Assembly (NCBI GenBank): GCA_964016885.1
Contig: OZ024743.1
Span: 132,618,001-132,682,000, forward strand
Direction: 5' to 3'
Length of the DNA stretch: 64,000 bases
From: Eledone cirrhosa
Taxonomy: Eukaryota
This document shows, one piece after another, positions 23,971 to 35,200 of this stretch; positions within the stretch are counted from its first letter, which is position 1, and each line of letters begins with the position of its first letter. The notes beneath the pieces were generated by a model. The model worked only from the letters and a program-made list of their open reading frames with translations, had not been told where the DNA came from and did no database searches. Both the position numbers and the translations under genes were made by a program.

Positions 23971-26900
23971 CTTGGTGCTTGGTGTTTGTACTTGGCGCTT
24001 GGTGCTTGGTGTTTGGTGCTTGGTTCTTGGTGTTTTGTGCTTGGTGTTTGGAGCTTGGTGCTTGGTGTTTGGTGCTTGGTGCTTGGTGTTTGGTGTTTGG
24101 TGCTTGGTGCTAGGTGTTTGGTGATTGGTGCTTGGTGTTTGGTGTTTGGTTCTTGGTGCTTGGTATTTGGTGCTTTGTGCTTGCTGCTTGGTGTTTGGTG
24201 CTTGGTGATTGATGCTTGGTGTTTGGTGCTTGGTGCTTGGTGTTTGGTTTTTGGTGCTAGGTGCTTGGTGCTTGGTGTTTGTTGCTTGGTGTTTGGTGTT
24301 TGGTGCTTGGTGCTTGGGGCTTGGTGTTTGGTACTTGGTGCTTGGTGCTTGGTGTTTGGTGCTTGGTGCTTGGTGTTTGGTGCTTGGTGCTTGGTGCTGG
24401 GTGATTGGTGTTTGGTGCTTGGTGCTTGGTGTTTGGTGCTTGGTGCATGGTGCTTGGTGTTTGGTGCTTGGTGCTTGGTGCTTGGTCTTTGGTGTTTGGT
24501 GTTTAGTGCTTGGTGCTTGGTGCTTGGTGCTTGGTGCATTGTGATTAGTGTTTGGTGCTTGGTCCTTGGGGTTTGGTGTTTGGTGCTTGGTGCTTGGTGT
24601 TTGGTGCTGGGTACTTGGTGTTTGGTGCTTGGTGTTTGCTGTTTGCTGTTTGGTGTTTTTGGTGTTTGCTGTTTGCTGTTTGGTGTCTGCTTTTTGGTGT
24701 TTGGTGTTTGCTCTATGGTGTTTGCTTTTTCATGTTTGGTGTTTGCTGTTTGGTGCTTGGTGCCTGGTGCTTGTAGTTTGGTGATTGGTGCTTGGTGTTT
24801 GCTGTTTGGTGTTTGATGTTTGGTGTTTGCTGTTTGGTGTTTGGTGCTTGGTGCTTGGTGCTTGGTGTTTGGTGCTTGGTGCTTGGTGTTTGGTGTTTGG
24901 TGCTTGGTGTTTGGTGCTTGGTGCCTGGTGCTTGTTGTTTGGTGCTTGGTGTTTGGTGTTTGGTGTTTGGTGCTTGGTGTTTGGTGCTTGGTGTTTGGTG
25001 TTTGGTGCTTGGTGCTTGGTGTTTGGTGTTTGATGCTTGGTGCTTGGTGCTTGGTGTTTGGTGTTTGCTGCTTGGTGTCTGGTTCCTGGTGCTGGGTGCT
25101 TGGTGTTTGGTGCTTGGTGTTTGGTGCTTGGTGCTTGGTGCTTGGTGTTAGGTGTTTGGTGCTTGGTGTTTGGTGTTTGGTGCTTCATGCTTGGTGCTTG
25201 GTGTTTGGTGCTTGGTGCTTGGTGTTTGGTGCTTGGTGCCTGGTGCATGGTGTTTGGTGCTTGATGCTTGGTGATTGGTGTTTGCTGTTAGGTGTTTGGT
25301 GCTTGGTGCTTGGTGTTTGGTGCTTGGTGCTTGGTGTTTGGTGTTTGGTGCCTGGTGATTGGTGCTTGGTGTATGGTGCTTGGTGCTTGGTGTTTGGTGC
25401 TAGGTGCGTGGTGCTTGGTGCTTGGTGTTTGGTGCTTGGTGCTTGGTGTTTGGTGCTTGGTGCTTGGTGTTTGGTGTTTAGTGCTTGGTGTTTGGTGTTT
25501 GGTGCTTGGTGCTTGGTGTTTGTTGCTTGGTACTTGGTGCATGGTGTTTGGTGCTGGGTGCTTGGTGTTTGGTGCTTGGTATTTGGTGCTTGGTGCTTGG
25601 TGTTTGGTGTTTGGTGTTTGGTGCTTGGTGCTTGGTGTTTGGTGCTGGGTGCTTGGTGCTGGGTGGTTGGTGTTTGGTGCTTGGTGCTTGGTGTTTGCTG
25701 CTAGGTGCATGGTGCTTGGTGTTTGGTGCTTGGTGCTTGGTGCTTGGTCTTTGGTGTTTGGTGTTTAGTGCTTGGTGCTTGGTGCTTGGTGCTTGGTGCT
25801 TGGTCCTTGGTGTTTGGTGCTTGGTGCTTGGTGTTTGGTGTTTGGTGCTTGGTGCTTGGTGCTTCGTGTTTGGTGTTTGGTGCTTGGTGTCTGGAGCTTG
25901 GTGTTTGGTGTTTGGTGCTTGGTGTTTGGTGTTTGGTGCTTGGTGCTTGGTGTTTGGTGCTTGGTGCTTGGTGTTTGTACTTGGTGTTTGGTGCTTGGTG
26001 TTTGGTGCTTGGTTCTTGGTGTTTGGTGCTTGGTGTTTGGAGCTTGGTGCTTGGTGTTTGGTGCTTGGTGCTTGGTGTTTGTACTTGGCGCTTGGTGCTT
26101 GGTGTTTGGTGCTTGGTTCTTGGTGTTTGGTGCTTGGTGTTTGGAGCTTGGTGCTTGGTGTTTGGTGCTTGGTGCTTGGTGTTTGGTGTTTGGTGCTTGG
26201 TGCTAGGTGTTTGGTGCTTGGTGCTTGGTGTTTGGTGTTTGGTTCTTGGTGCTTGGTATTTGGTGCTTTGTGCTTGCTGCTTGGTGTTTGGTGCTTGGTG
26301 ATTGATGCTTGGTGTTTGGTGCTTGGTGCTTGGTGTTTGGTTTTTGGTGCTAGGTGCTTGGTGCTTGGTGTTTGTTGCTTGGTGTTTGGTGTTTGGTGCT
26401 TGGTGCTTGGGGCTTGGTGTTTGGTACTTGGTGCTTGGTGCTTGGTGTTTGGTGCTTGGTGCTTGGTGTTTGGTGCTTGGTGCTTGGTGCTGGGTGATTG
26501 GTGTTTGGTGCTTGGTGCTTGGTGTTTGGTGCTTGGTGCATGGTGCTTGGTGTTTGGTGCTTGGTGCTTGGTGCTTGGTCTTTGGTGTTTGGTGTTTAGT
26601 GCTTGGTGCTTGGTGCTTGGTGCTTGGTGCATTGTGATTAGTGTTTGGTGCTTGGTCCTTGGGGTTTGGTGTTTGGTGCTTGGTGCTTGGTGTTTGGTGC
26701 TGGGTACTTGGTGTTTGGTGCTTGGTGTTTGCTGTTTGCTGTTTGGTGTTTTTGGTGTTTGCTGTTTGCTGTTTGGTGTCTGCTTTTTGGTGTTTGGTGT
26801 TTGCTCTATGGTGTTTGCTTTTTCATGTTTGGTGTTTGCTGTTTGGTGCTTGGTGCCTGGTGCTTGTAGTTTGGTGATTGGTGCTTGGTGTTTGCTGTTT

Positions 26901-27665
26901 GGTGTTTGATGTTTGGTGTTTGCTGTTTGGTGTTTGGTGCTTGGTGCTTGGTGCTTGGTGTTTGGTGCTTGGTGCTTGGTGTTTGGTGTTTGGTGCTTGG
27001 TGTTTGGTGCTTGGTGCCTGGTGCTTGTTGTTTGGTGCTTGGTGTTTGGTGTTTGGTGTTTGGTGCTTGGTGTTTGGTGCTTGGTGTTTGGTGTTTGGTG
27101 CTTGGTGCTTGGTGTTTGGTGTTTGATGCTTGGTGCTTGGTGCTTGGTGTTTGGTGTTTGCTGCTTGGTGTCTGGTTCCTGGTGCTGGGTGCTTGGTGTT
27201 TGGTGCTTGGTGTTTGGTGCTTGGTGCTTGGTGCTTGGTGTTAGGTGTTTGGTGCTTGGTGTTTGGTGTTTGGTGCTTCATGCTTGGTGCTTGGTGTTTG
27301 GTGCTTGGTGCTTGGTGTTTGGTGCTTGGTGCCTGGTGCATGGTGTTTGGTGCTTGATGTTTGGTGATTGGTGTTTGCTGTTAGGTGTTTGGTGCTTGGT
27401 GCTTGGTGTTTGGTGCTTGGTGCTTGGTGTTTGGTGTTTGGTGCCTGGTGATTGGTGCTTGGTGTATGGTGCTTGGTGCTTGGTGTTTGGTGCTAGGTGC
27501 GTGGTGCTTGGTGCTTGGTGTTTGGTGCTTGGTGCTTGGTGTTTGGTGCTTGGTGCTTGGTGTTTGGTGTTTAGTGCTTGGTGTTTGGTGTTTGGTGCTT
27601 GGTGCTTGGTGTTTGTTGCTTGGTACTTGGTGCATGGTGTTTGGTGCTGGGTGCTTGGTGTTTGG
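23475..27665 (+). repeat. 2093-bp near-perfect tandem duplication
   Basis: ORF pairs 23612/25705, 24209/26302, 24548/26641, 24785/26878 and 25292/27385 are all offset by 2093 (299x7). Confidence 0.93.
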
Positions 27666-30600
27666 TGCTTGGTGTTTGGTGCTTGGTGCTTGGTGTTTGG
27701 TGTTTGGTGTTTGATGCTTGGTGCTTGGTGTTTGGTGCTTGGTGTTTGTACTTGGTGCTTGGTGCTTGGTGTTTTGTGCTTAGTTCTTGGTGTTTGGTGT
27801 TTGGTGCTTGGTGCTTGGTGCTTGGTGTTAGGTGTTTGGTGCTTGGTGCTGGGTGGTTGGTATTTGGTGCTTGGTGCTTGGTGTTTGGTGCTTGGTGCTT
27901 GGTGCTTGGTGTTTGGTGTTTCGTGTTTGGTGCTTGGTGCTTGGTGTTTGGTGCTTGGTGCTTGGTGCTTGGTGGTTGGTATTTGGTGCTTGGTGCTTGG
28001 TGTTTGGTGCTTGGTGCTTGGTGCTTGGTGTTTGGTGCTTGGTGCTTGGTGCTTGGTCTTTGGTGCTTGGTGTTTGGTGTTTGGTGCTTGGTGCTTGGTG
28101 CTTGGTGTTTGGTGCTTGGTGATTAGTGTTTGGTGCTTGGTGCTTGGGGTTTGGTGTTTGGTGCTTGGTGCTTGGTGTTTGGTGCTTGGTACTTGGTGTT
28201 TGGTGCTTGGTGTTTGGTGTTTGCTGTTTGGTGTTTGGTGTTTGGTGTTTGGTGTTTGCTGTTTGGTGTCTGCTTTTTGGTGTTTGGTGTTTGCTGTATG
28301 GTGTTTGCTGTTTCGTGTTTGGTGTTTGCTGTTTGGTGTTTGGTGTTTGCTGTTAGGTGTTTGGTCTTTGGTGCTTGGTGTTTGGTGCTTGGTGTTTGGT
28401 GTTTGGTGCTTGGTGCTTGGTGTTTGGTGTTTGGTGCTTGGTGTTTGGTGCTTGGTGTTTGGTGTTTGATGCTTGGTGTTTGGTGTTTGGTGTTTGGTGC
28501 TTGGTGTTTGGTGTTTGGTGCCTGGTGTTTGGTGTTTATTGCTTGTTGCTTGGTGCTTGGTGCTTGGTGTTTGGTGTTTGGTGCTTGGTGCTTGGTGTTT
28601 GGTGCTTGGTGCTTGGTGTTTGTACTTGGTGCTTGGTTCTTGGTGTTTGGTGCTTGGTGTTTGGTGCTTGGTGCTTGGTGTTTGGTGCTTGGTGCTTGGT
28701 GCTTGGTGTTAGGTGTTTGGTGCTTGGTGCTTGGTGTTTGGTGTTTGGTTCTTGGTGCTTGGTATTTGGTGCTTGGTGCTTGCTGCTTGGTGTTTGGTGC
28801 TTGGTGATTGATGCTTGGTGTTTGGTGCTTGGTGCTTGGTGTTTGGTTTTTGGTGCTAGGTGCTTGGTGCTTGGTGTTTGGTGCTTGGTGTTTGGTGTTT
28901 GGTGCTTGGTGCTTGGTGTTTGGTACTTGGTGCTTGGTGCTTGGTGTTTGGTGCTTGGTGTTTGGTGTTTGGTGCTTGGTGCTTGGTGTTTGGTACTTGG
29001 TGCTTGGTGCTTGGTGTTTGGTGCTTGGTGCTTGGTGTTTGGTGTTTGGTGTTTGGTGCCTGGTGCTTGGTGTTTGGTGCTTGGTGCTTGGTGTTTGTAC
29101 TTGTTACTTGGTGCTTGGTGTCTGGTGTTTGGTGCTTGGTGTCTGGTGTTTTGTGCTTGGTGTTTGGTGTTTGGTGCTTGGTGCTTGTTGTTTGGTGTTT
29201 GGTGCTTGGTGCTTGGTGTTTGGTGTTTAGTGCTTGGTGTTTGGTGTTTGGTGCTTGGTGCTTGGTGTTTGTTGCTTGGTACTTGGTGCATGGTGTTTGG
29301 TGCTGGGTGCTTGGTGTTTGGTGTTTGGTGTTTGGTGTTTAGTGCTTGGTGCTTGGTGTTTGGTGCTTGGTGCTTGGTGTTTGGTGTTTGGTGCTTGGTG
29401 CTTGGTGCTTCGTGTTTGGTGTTTGGTGCTTGGTGTCTGGAGCTTGGTGTCTGGTGTTTGGTGCTTGGTGTTTGGTGTTTGGTGCTTCATGCTTGGTGCT
29501 TGGTGTTTGGTGCTTGGTGCTTGGTGTTTGGTGCTTGGTGCCTGGTGCATGGTGTTTGGTGCTTGATGCTTGGTGATTGGTGTTTGCTGTTAGGTGTTTG
29601 GTGCTTGGTGCTTGGTGTTTGGTGCTTGGTGCTTGGTGTTTGGTGTTTGGTGCCTGGTGATTGGTGCTTGGTGTATGGTGCTTGGTGCTTGGTGTTTGGT
29701 GCTAGGTGCGTGGTGCTTGGTGCTTGGTGTTTGGTGCTTGGTGCTTGGTGTTTGGTGCTTGGTGCTTGGTGTTTGGTGTTTAGTGCTTGGTGTTTGGTGT
29801 TTGGTGCTTGGTGCTTGGTGTTTGTTGCTTGGTACTTGGTGCATGGTGTTTGGTGCTGGGTGCTTGGTGTTTGGTGCTTGGTGTTTGGTGCTTGGTGCTT
29901 GGTGTTTGGTGTTTGGTGTTTGATGCTTGGTGCTTGGTGTTTGGTGCTTGGTGTTTGTACTTGGTGCTTGGTGCTTGGTGTTTTGTGCTTAGTTCTTGGT
30001 GTTTGGTGTTTGGTGCTTGGTGCTTGGTGCTTGGTGTTAGGTGTTTGGCGCTTGGTGCTTGGTGTTTGGTGTTTGGTCCTTGGTGCTTCGTGTTTAGTGC
30101 TTGGTGCTTGGTGTTTGTTGTTTGGTGCTTTCTGCTTGCTGCTTGGTGTTTGGTGCTTGGTCATTGGTGTTTGGTGTTTGGTGTTTGGTGTTTGGTGCTT
30201 CGTGCTTGGGGTTTGGTGTTTGGTGCTTGGTGCTTGGTGCTTGGTCTTTGGTGCTTGGTGCTTGGTGTTTGGTGTTTCGTGTTTGGTGCTTGGTGCTTGG
30301 TGTTTGGTGCTTGGTGCTTGGTGCTGGGTGGTTGGTATTTGGTGCTTGGTGCTTGGTGTTTGGTGCTTGGTGCTTGGTGCTTGGTGTTTGGTGTTTCGTG
30401 TTTGGTGCTTGGTGCTTGGTGTTTGGTGCTTGGTGCTTGGTGCTTGGTGGTTGGTATTTGGTGCTTGGTGCTTGGTGTTTGGTGCTTGGTGCTTGGTGCT
30501 TGGTGTTTGGTGCTTGGTGCTTGGTGCTTGGTCTTTGGTGCTTGGTGTTTGGTGTTTGGTGCTTGGTGCTTGGTGCTTGGTGTTTGGTGCTTGGTGATTA

Positions 30601-31970
30601 GTGTTTGGTGCTTGGTGCTTGGGGTTTGGTGTTTGGTGCTTGGTGCTTGGTGTTTGGTGCTTGGTACTTGGTGTTTGGTGCTTGGTGTTTGGTGTTTGCT
30701 GTTTGGTGTTTGGTGTTTGGTGTTTGGTGTTTGCTGTTTGGTGTCTGCTTTTTGGTGTTTGGTGTTTGCTGTATGGTGTTTGCTGTTTCGTGTTTGGTGT
30801 TTGCTGTTTGGTGTTTGGTGTTTGCTGTTAGGTGTTTGGTCTTTGGTGCTTGGTGTTTGGTGCTTGGTGTTTGGTGTTTGGTGCTTGGTGCTTGGTGTTT
30901 GGTGTTTGGTGCTTGGTGTTTGGTGCTTGGTGTTTGGTGTTTGATGCTTGGTGTTTGGTGTTTGGTGTTTGGTGCTTGGTGTTTGGTGTTTGGTGCCTGG
31001 TGTTTGGTGTTTATTGCTTGTTGCTTGGTGCTTGGTGCTTGGTGTTTGGTGTTTGGTGCTTGGTGCTTGGTGTTTGGTGCTTGGTGCTTGGTGTTTGTAC
31101 TTGGTGCTTGGTTCTTGGTGTTTGGTGCTTGGTGTTTGGTGCTTGGTGCTTGGTGTTTGGTGCTTGGTGCTTGGTGCTTGGTGTTAGGTGTTTGGTGCTT
31201 GGTGCTTGGTGTTTGGTGTTTGGTTCTTGGTGCTTGGTATTTGGTGCTTGGTGCTTGCTGCTTGGTGTTTGGTGCTTGGTGATTGATGCTTGGTGTTTGG
31301 TGCTTGGTGCTTGGTGTTTGGTTTTTGGTGCTAGGTGCTTGGTGCTTGGTGTTTGGTGCTTGGTGTTTGGTGTTTGGTGCTTGGTGCTTGGTGTTTGGTA
31401 CTTGGTGCTTGGTGCTTGGTGTTTGGTGCTTGGTGTTTGGTGTTTGGTGCTTGGTGCTTGGTGTTTGGTACTTGGTGCTTGGTGCTTGGTGTTTGGTGCT
31501 TGGTGCTTGGTGTTTGGTGTTAGGTGTTTGGTGCCTGGTGCTTGGTGTTTGGTGCTTGGTGCTTGGTGTTTGTACTTGTTACTTGGTGCTTGGTGTCTGG
31601 TGTTTGGTGCTTGGTGTCTGGTGTTTTGTGCTTGGTGTTTGGTGTTTGGTGCTTGGTGCTTGTTGTTTGGTGTTTGGTGCTTGGTGCTTGGTGTTTGGTG
31701 TTTAGTGCTTGGTGTTTGGTGTTTGGTGCTTGGTGCTTGGTGTTTGTTGCTTGGTACTTGGTGCATGGTGTTTGGTGCTGGGTGCTTGGTGTTTGGTGTT
31801 TGGTGTTTGGTGCTTGGTGCTTGGTGTTTGGTGTTTGGTGTTTGATGCTTGGTGCTTGGTGTTTGGTGCTTGGTGTTTGTACTTGGTGCTTGGTGCTTGG
31901 TGTTTTGTGCTTAGTTCTTGGTGTTTGGTGTTTGGTGCTTGGTGCTTGGTGCTTGGTGTTAGGTGTTTGG
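27250..31970 (+). repeat. ~2.2-2.5 kb tandem duplication (offset 2209, then 2475 after an extra 266 bp in copy 2)
   Basis: ORF pairs 27385/29594 and 27578/29787 are offset by 2209. Pairs 28126/30601, 28473/30948, 28808/31283 and 29234/31709 are offset by 2475. The difference is 266, or 38x7. Confidence 0.88.
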
Positions 31971-32299
31971 TGCTTGGTGCTTGGTGTTTGGTGTTTGGTC
32001 CTTGGTGCTTCGTGTTTAGTGCTTGGTGCTTCGTGTTTGTTGTTTGGTGCTTTCTGCTTGCTGCTTGGTGTTTGGTGCTTGGTCATTGGTGCTTGGTGTT
32101 TGGTGCTTGGTGCTTGGTGTTTGCTGTTTGGTGCTAGATGCTTGGTGCTTGGTGTTTGGTGTTTGGTGTTTGGTGTTTGGTGCTTCGTGCTTGGGGTTTG
32201 GTGTTTGGTGCTTGGTGCTTGGTGCTTGGTCTTTGGTGCTTGGTGCTTGGTGTTTGGTGTTTCGTGTTTGGTGCTTGGTGCTTGGTGTTTGGCGCTTGG

Positions 32300-35200
32300 T
32301 GCTTGGTGCTGGGTGGTTGGTATTTGGTGCTTGGTGCTTGGTGTTTGGTGCTTGGTGCTTGGTGCTTGGTGCTTGGCGTTTGGTGCTTGGTGCTTGGTGC
32401 TTGGTCTTTGGTGTTTGGTGTTTGGTGTTTGGTGCTTGGTGCTTGGTGCTTGGTGTTTGGTGCTTGGTGATTAGTGTTTGGTGCTTGGTGCTTGGGGTTT
32501 GGTGTTTGGTGCTTGGTGCTTGGTGTTTGGTGCTTGGTACTTGGTGTTTGGTGCTTGGTGTTTGGTGTTTGCTGTTTGGTGTTTGGTGTTTGGTGTTTGG
32601 TGTTTGCTGTTTGGTGTCTGCATTTTGGTGTTTGGTGTTTGCTGTATGGTGTTTGCTGTTTCGTGTTTGGTGTTTGCTGTTAGGTGTTTGGTCTTTGGTG
32701 CTTGGTGTTTGGTGCTTGGTGTTTGGTGTTTGGTGCTTGGTGCTTGGTGTTTGGTGTTTGGTGCTTGGTGCTTGGTGCTTGGTGTTTGGTGTTTGGTGCT
32801 TGGTGTTTGGTGTTTGGTGTTTGGTGCTTGGTGTTTGGTGTTTGGTGGCTGGTGTTTGGTGTTTATTGCTTGTTGCTTGGTGCTTGGTGCTTGGTGTTTG
32901 GTGTTTGGTGCTTGGTGCTTGGTGTTTGGTGCTTGGTGCTTGGTGTTTGTACTTGGTGCTTGGTGCTTGGTGTTTGGTGCTTGGTTCTTGGTGTTTGGTG
33001 CTTGGTGTTTGGTGCTTGGTGCTTGGTGTTTGGTGCTTGGTGCTTGGTGTTTGGTGTTTGGTGCTTGGTGCTTGGTGCTTGGTGTTTGGTGTTTGGTTCT
33101 TGGTGCTTGGTATTTGGTGCTTGGTGCTTGCTGCTTGGTGTTTGGTGCTTGGTGATTGATGCTTGGTGTTTGGTGCTTGGTGCTTGGTGTTTGGTTTTTG
33201 GTGCTAGGTGCTTGGTGCTTGGTGTTTGGTGCTTGGTGTTTGGTGTTTGGTGCTTGGTGCTTGGTGTTTGGTACTTGGTGCTTGGTGCTTGGTGTTTGGT
33301 GCTTGGTGCTTGGTGTTTGGTGTTTGGTGTTTGGTGCTTGGTGCTTGGTGTTTGGTGCTTGGTGCTTGGTGCTGGGTGGTTGGTGTTTGGTGCTTGGTGC
33401 TTGGTGTTTGGTGCTAGGTGCATGGTGCTTGGTGTTTGGTGCTTGGTGCTTGGTGCTTGGTCTTTGGTGTTTGGTGTTTAGTGCTTGGTGCTTGGTGCTT
33501 GGTGCTTGGTGCTTGGTCCTTGGTGTTTGGTGCTTGGTGCTTGGTGTTTGGTGTTTGGTGCTTGGTGCTTGGTGCTTTGTGTTTGGTGTTTGGTGCTTGG
33601 TGTCTGGAACTTGGTGTTTGGTGTTTGGTGCTTGGTGTTTGGTGTTTGGTGCTTGGTGCTTGGTGTTTGGTGCTTGGTGCTTGGTGTTTGTACTTGGTGC
33701 TTGGTGCTTGGTGTTTGGTGCTTGGTTCTTGGTGTTTGGTGCTTGGTGTTTGGAGCTTGGTGCTTGGTGTTTGGTGCTTGGTGCTTGGTGTTTGTACTTG
33801 GTGCTTGTTGCTTGGTGTTTGGTGCTTGGTTCTTGGTGTTTGGTGCTTGGTGTTTGGAGCTTGGTGCTTGGTGTTTGGTGCTTGGTGCTTGGTGTTTGGT
33901 GTTTGGTGCTTGGTGCTAGGTGTTTGGTGCTTGGTGCTTGGTGTTTGGTGTTTGGTTCTTGGTGCTTGGTATTTGGTGCTTTGTGCTTGCTGCTTGGTGT
34001 TTGGTGCTTGGTGATTGATGCTTGGTGTTTGGTGCTTGGTGCTTGGTGTTTGGTTTTTGGTGCTAGGTGCTTGGTGCTTGGTTTTTGGTACTTGGTGCTT
34101 GGTGCTTGGTGTTTGGTTCTTGGTGCTTGGTGTTTGGTGTTTGGTGTTTGGTGCTTGGTGCTTGGTGTTTGGTGCTTGGTGCTTGGTGCTGGGTGGTTGG
34201 TGTTTGGTGCTTGGTGCTTGGCGTTTGGTGCTTGGTGCATGGTGCTTGGTGTTTGGTGCTTGGTGCTTGGTGCTTGGTCTTTGGTGTTTGGTGTTTAGTG
34301 CTTGGTGTTTGGTGTTTGGTGCTTGGTGTTTGGTGCTTGGTGCCTGGTGCTTGTTGTTTGGTGCTTGGTGTTTGGTGTTTGGTGTTTGGTGCTTGGTGTT
34401 TGGTGTTTGGTGCTTGGTGCTTGGTGTTTGGTGTTTGATGCTTGGTGCTTGGTGCTTGGTGTTTGGTGTTTGCTGCTTGGTGTCTGGTGCTTGGTGCTTG
34501 GTGCTTGGTGTTTGGTGCTTGGTGATTGGTGCTTGGTCTTTGGTGCTGGGTGCTTGGTGTTTGGTGTTTGATGCTTGGTGTTTCATGCTTGTTGCTTGGT
34601 TCTTGGTGTTTGGTGCTTGGTGTTTCGTGCTTGGTGCTTGGTGTTTGGTGCTTGGTGCTTGGTGTTTGGTGATTGGTGTATGGTGCTTGGTGCTTGGTGC
34701 TTGGTGTTAGGTGTTTGGTGCTTGGTGTTTGGTGTTTGGTGCTTCATGCTTGGTGCTTGGTGTTTGGTGCTTGGTGCTTGGTGTTTGGTGCTTGGTGCCT
34801 GGTATATGGTGTTTGGTGCTTGATGCTTGGTGATTGGTGTTTGGTGTTAGGTGTTTGGTGCTTGGTGCTTGGTGTTTGGTGCTTGGTGCTTGGTGTTTGG
34901 TGTTTGGTGCCTGGTGATTGGTGCTTGGTGTATGGTGCTTGGTGCTTGGTGTTTGGTGCTAGGTGCTTGGTGCTTGGTGCTTGGTGTTTGGTGCTTGGTG
35001 TTTGGTGCTTGGCACTTGGGGCTTGGTGTTTGGTGCTTGGTGCTTGGTGCTTGGTGTTTGGTGCTTGGTGCTTGGTGTTTGGTGTTTGGTGCTTGGTGTT
35101 TGGTGCTTGGTGTTTGGTGCTTGGTGCTTGGTGTTTGGTGCTTGGTGCTTGGTGCTTGGTGTTTGGTGCTTGGTGCTTGGTGCTTGGTCTTTGGTGCTTG

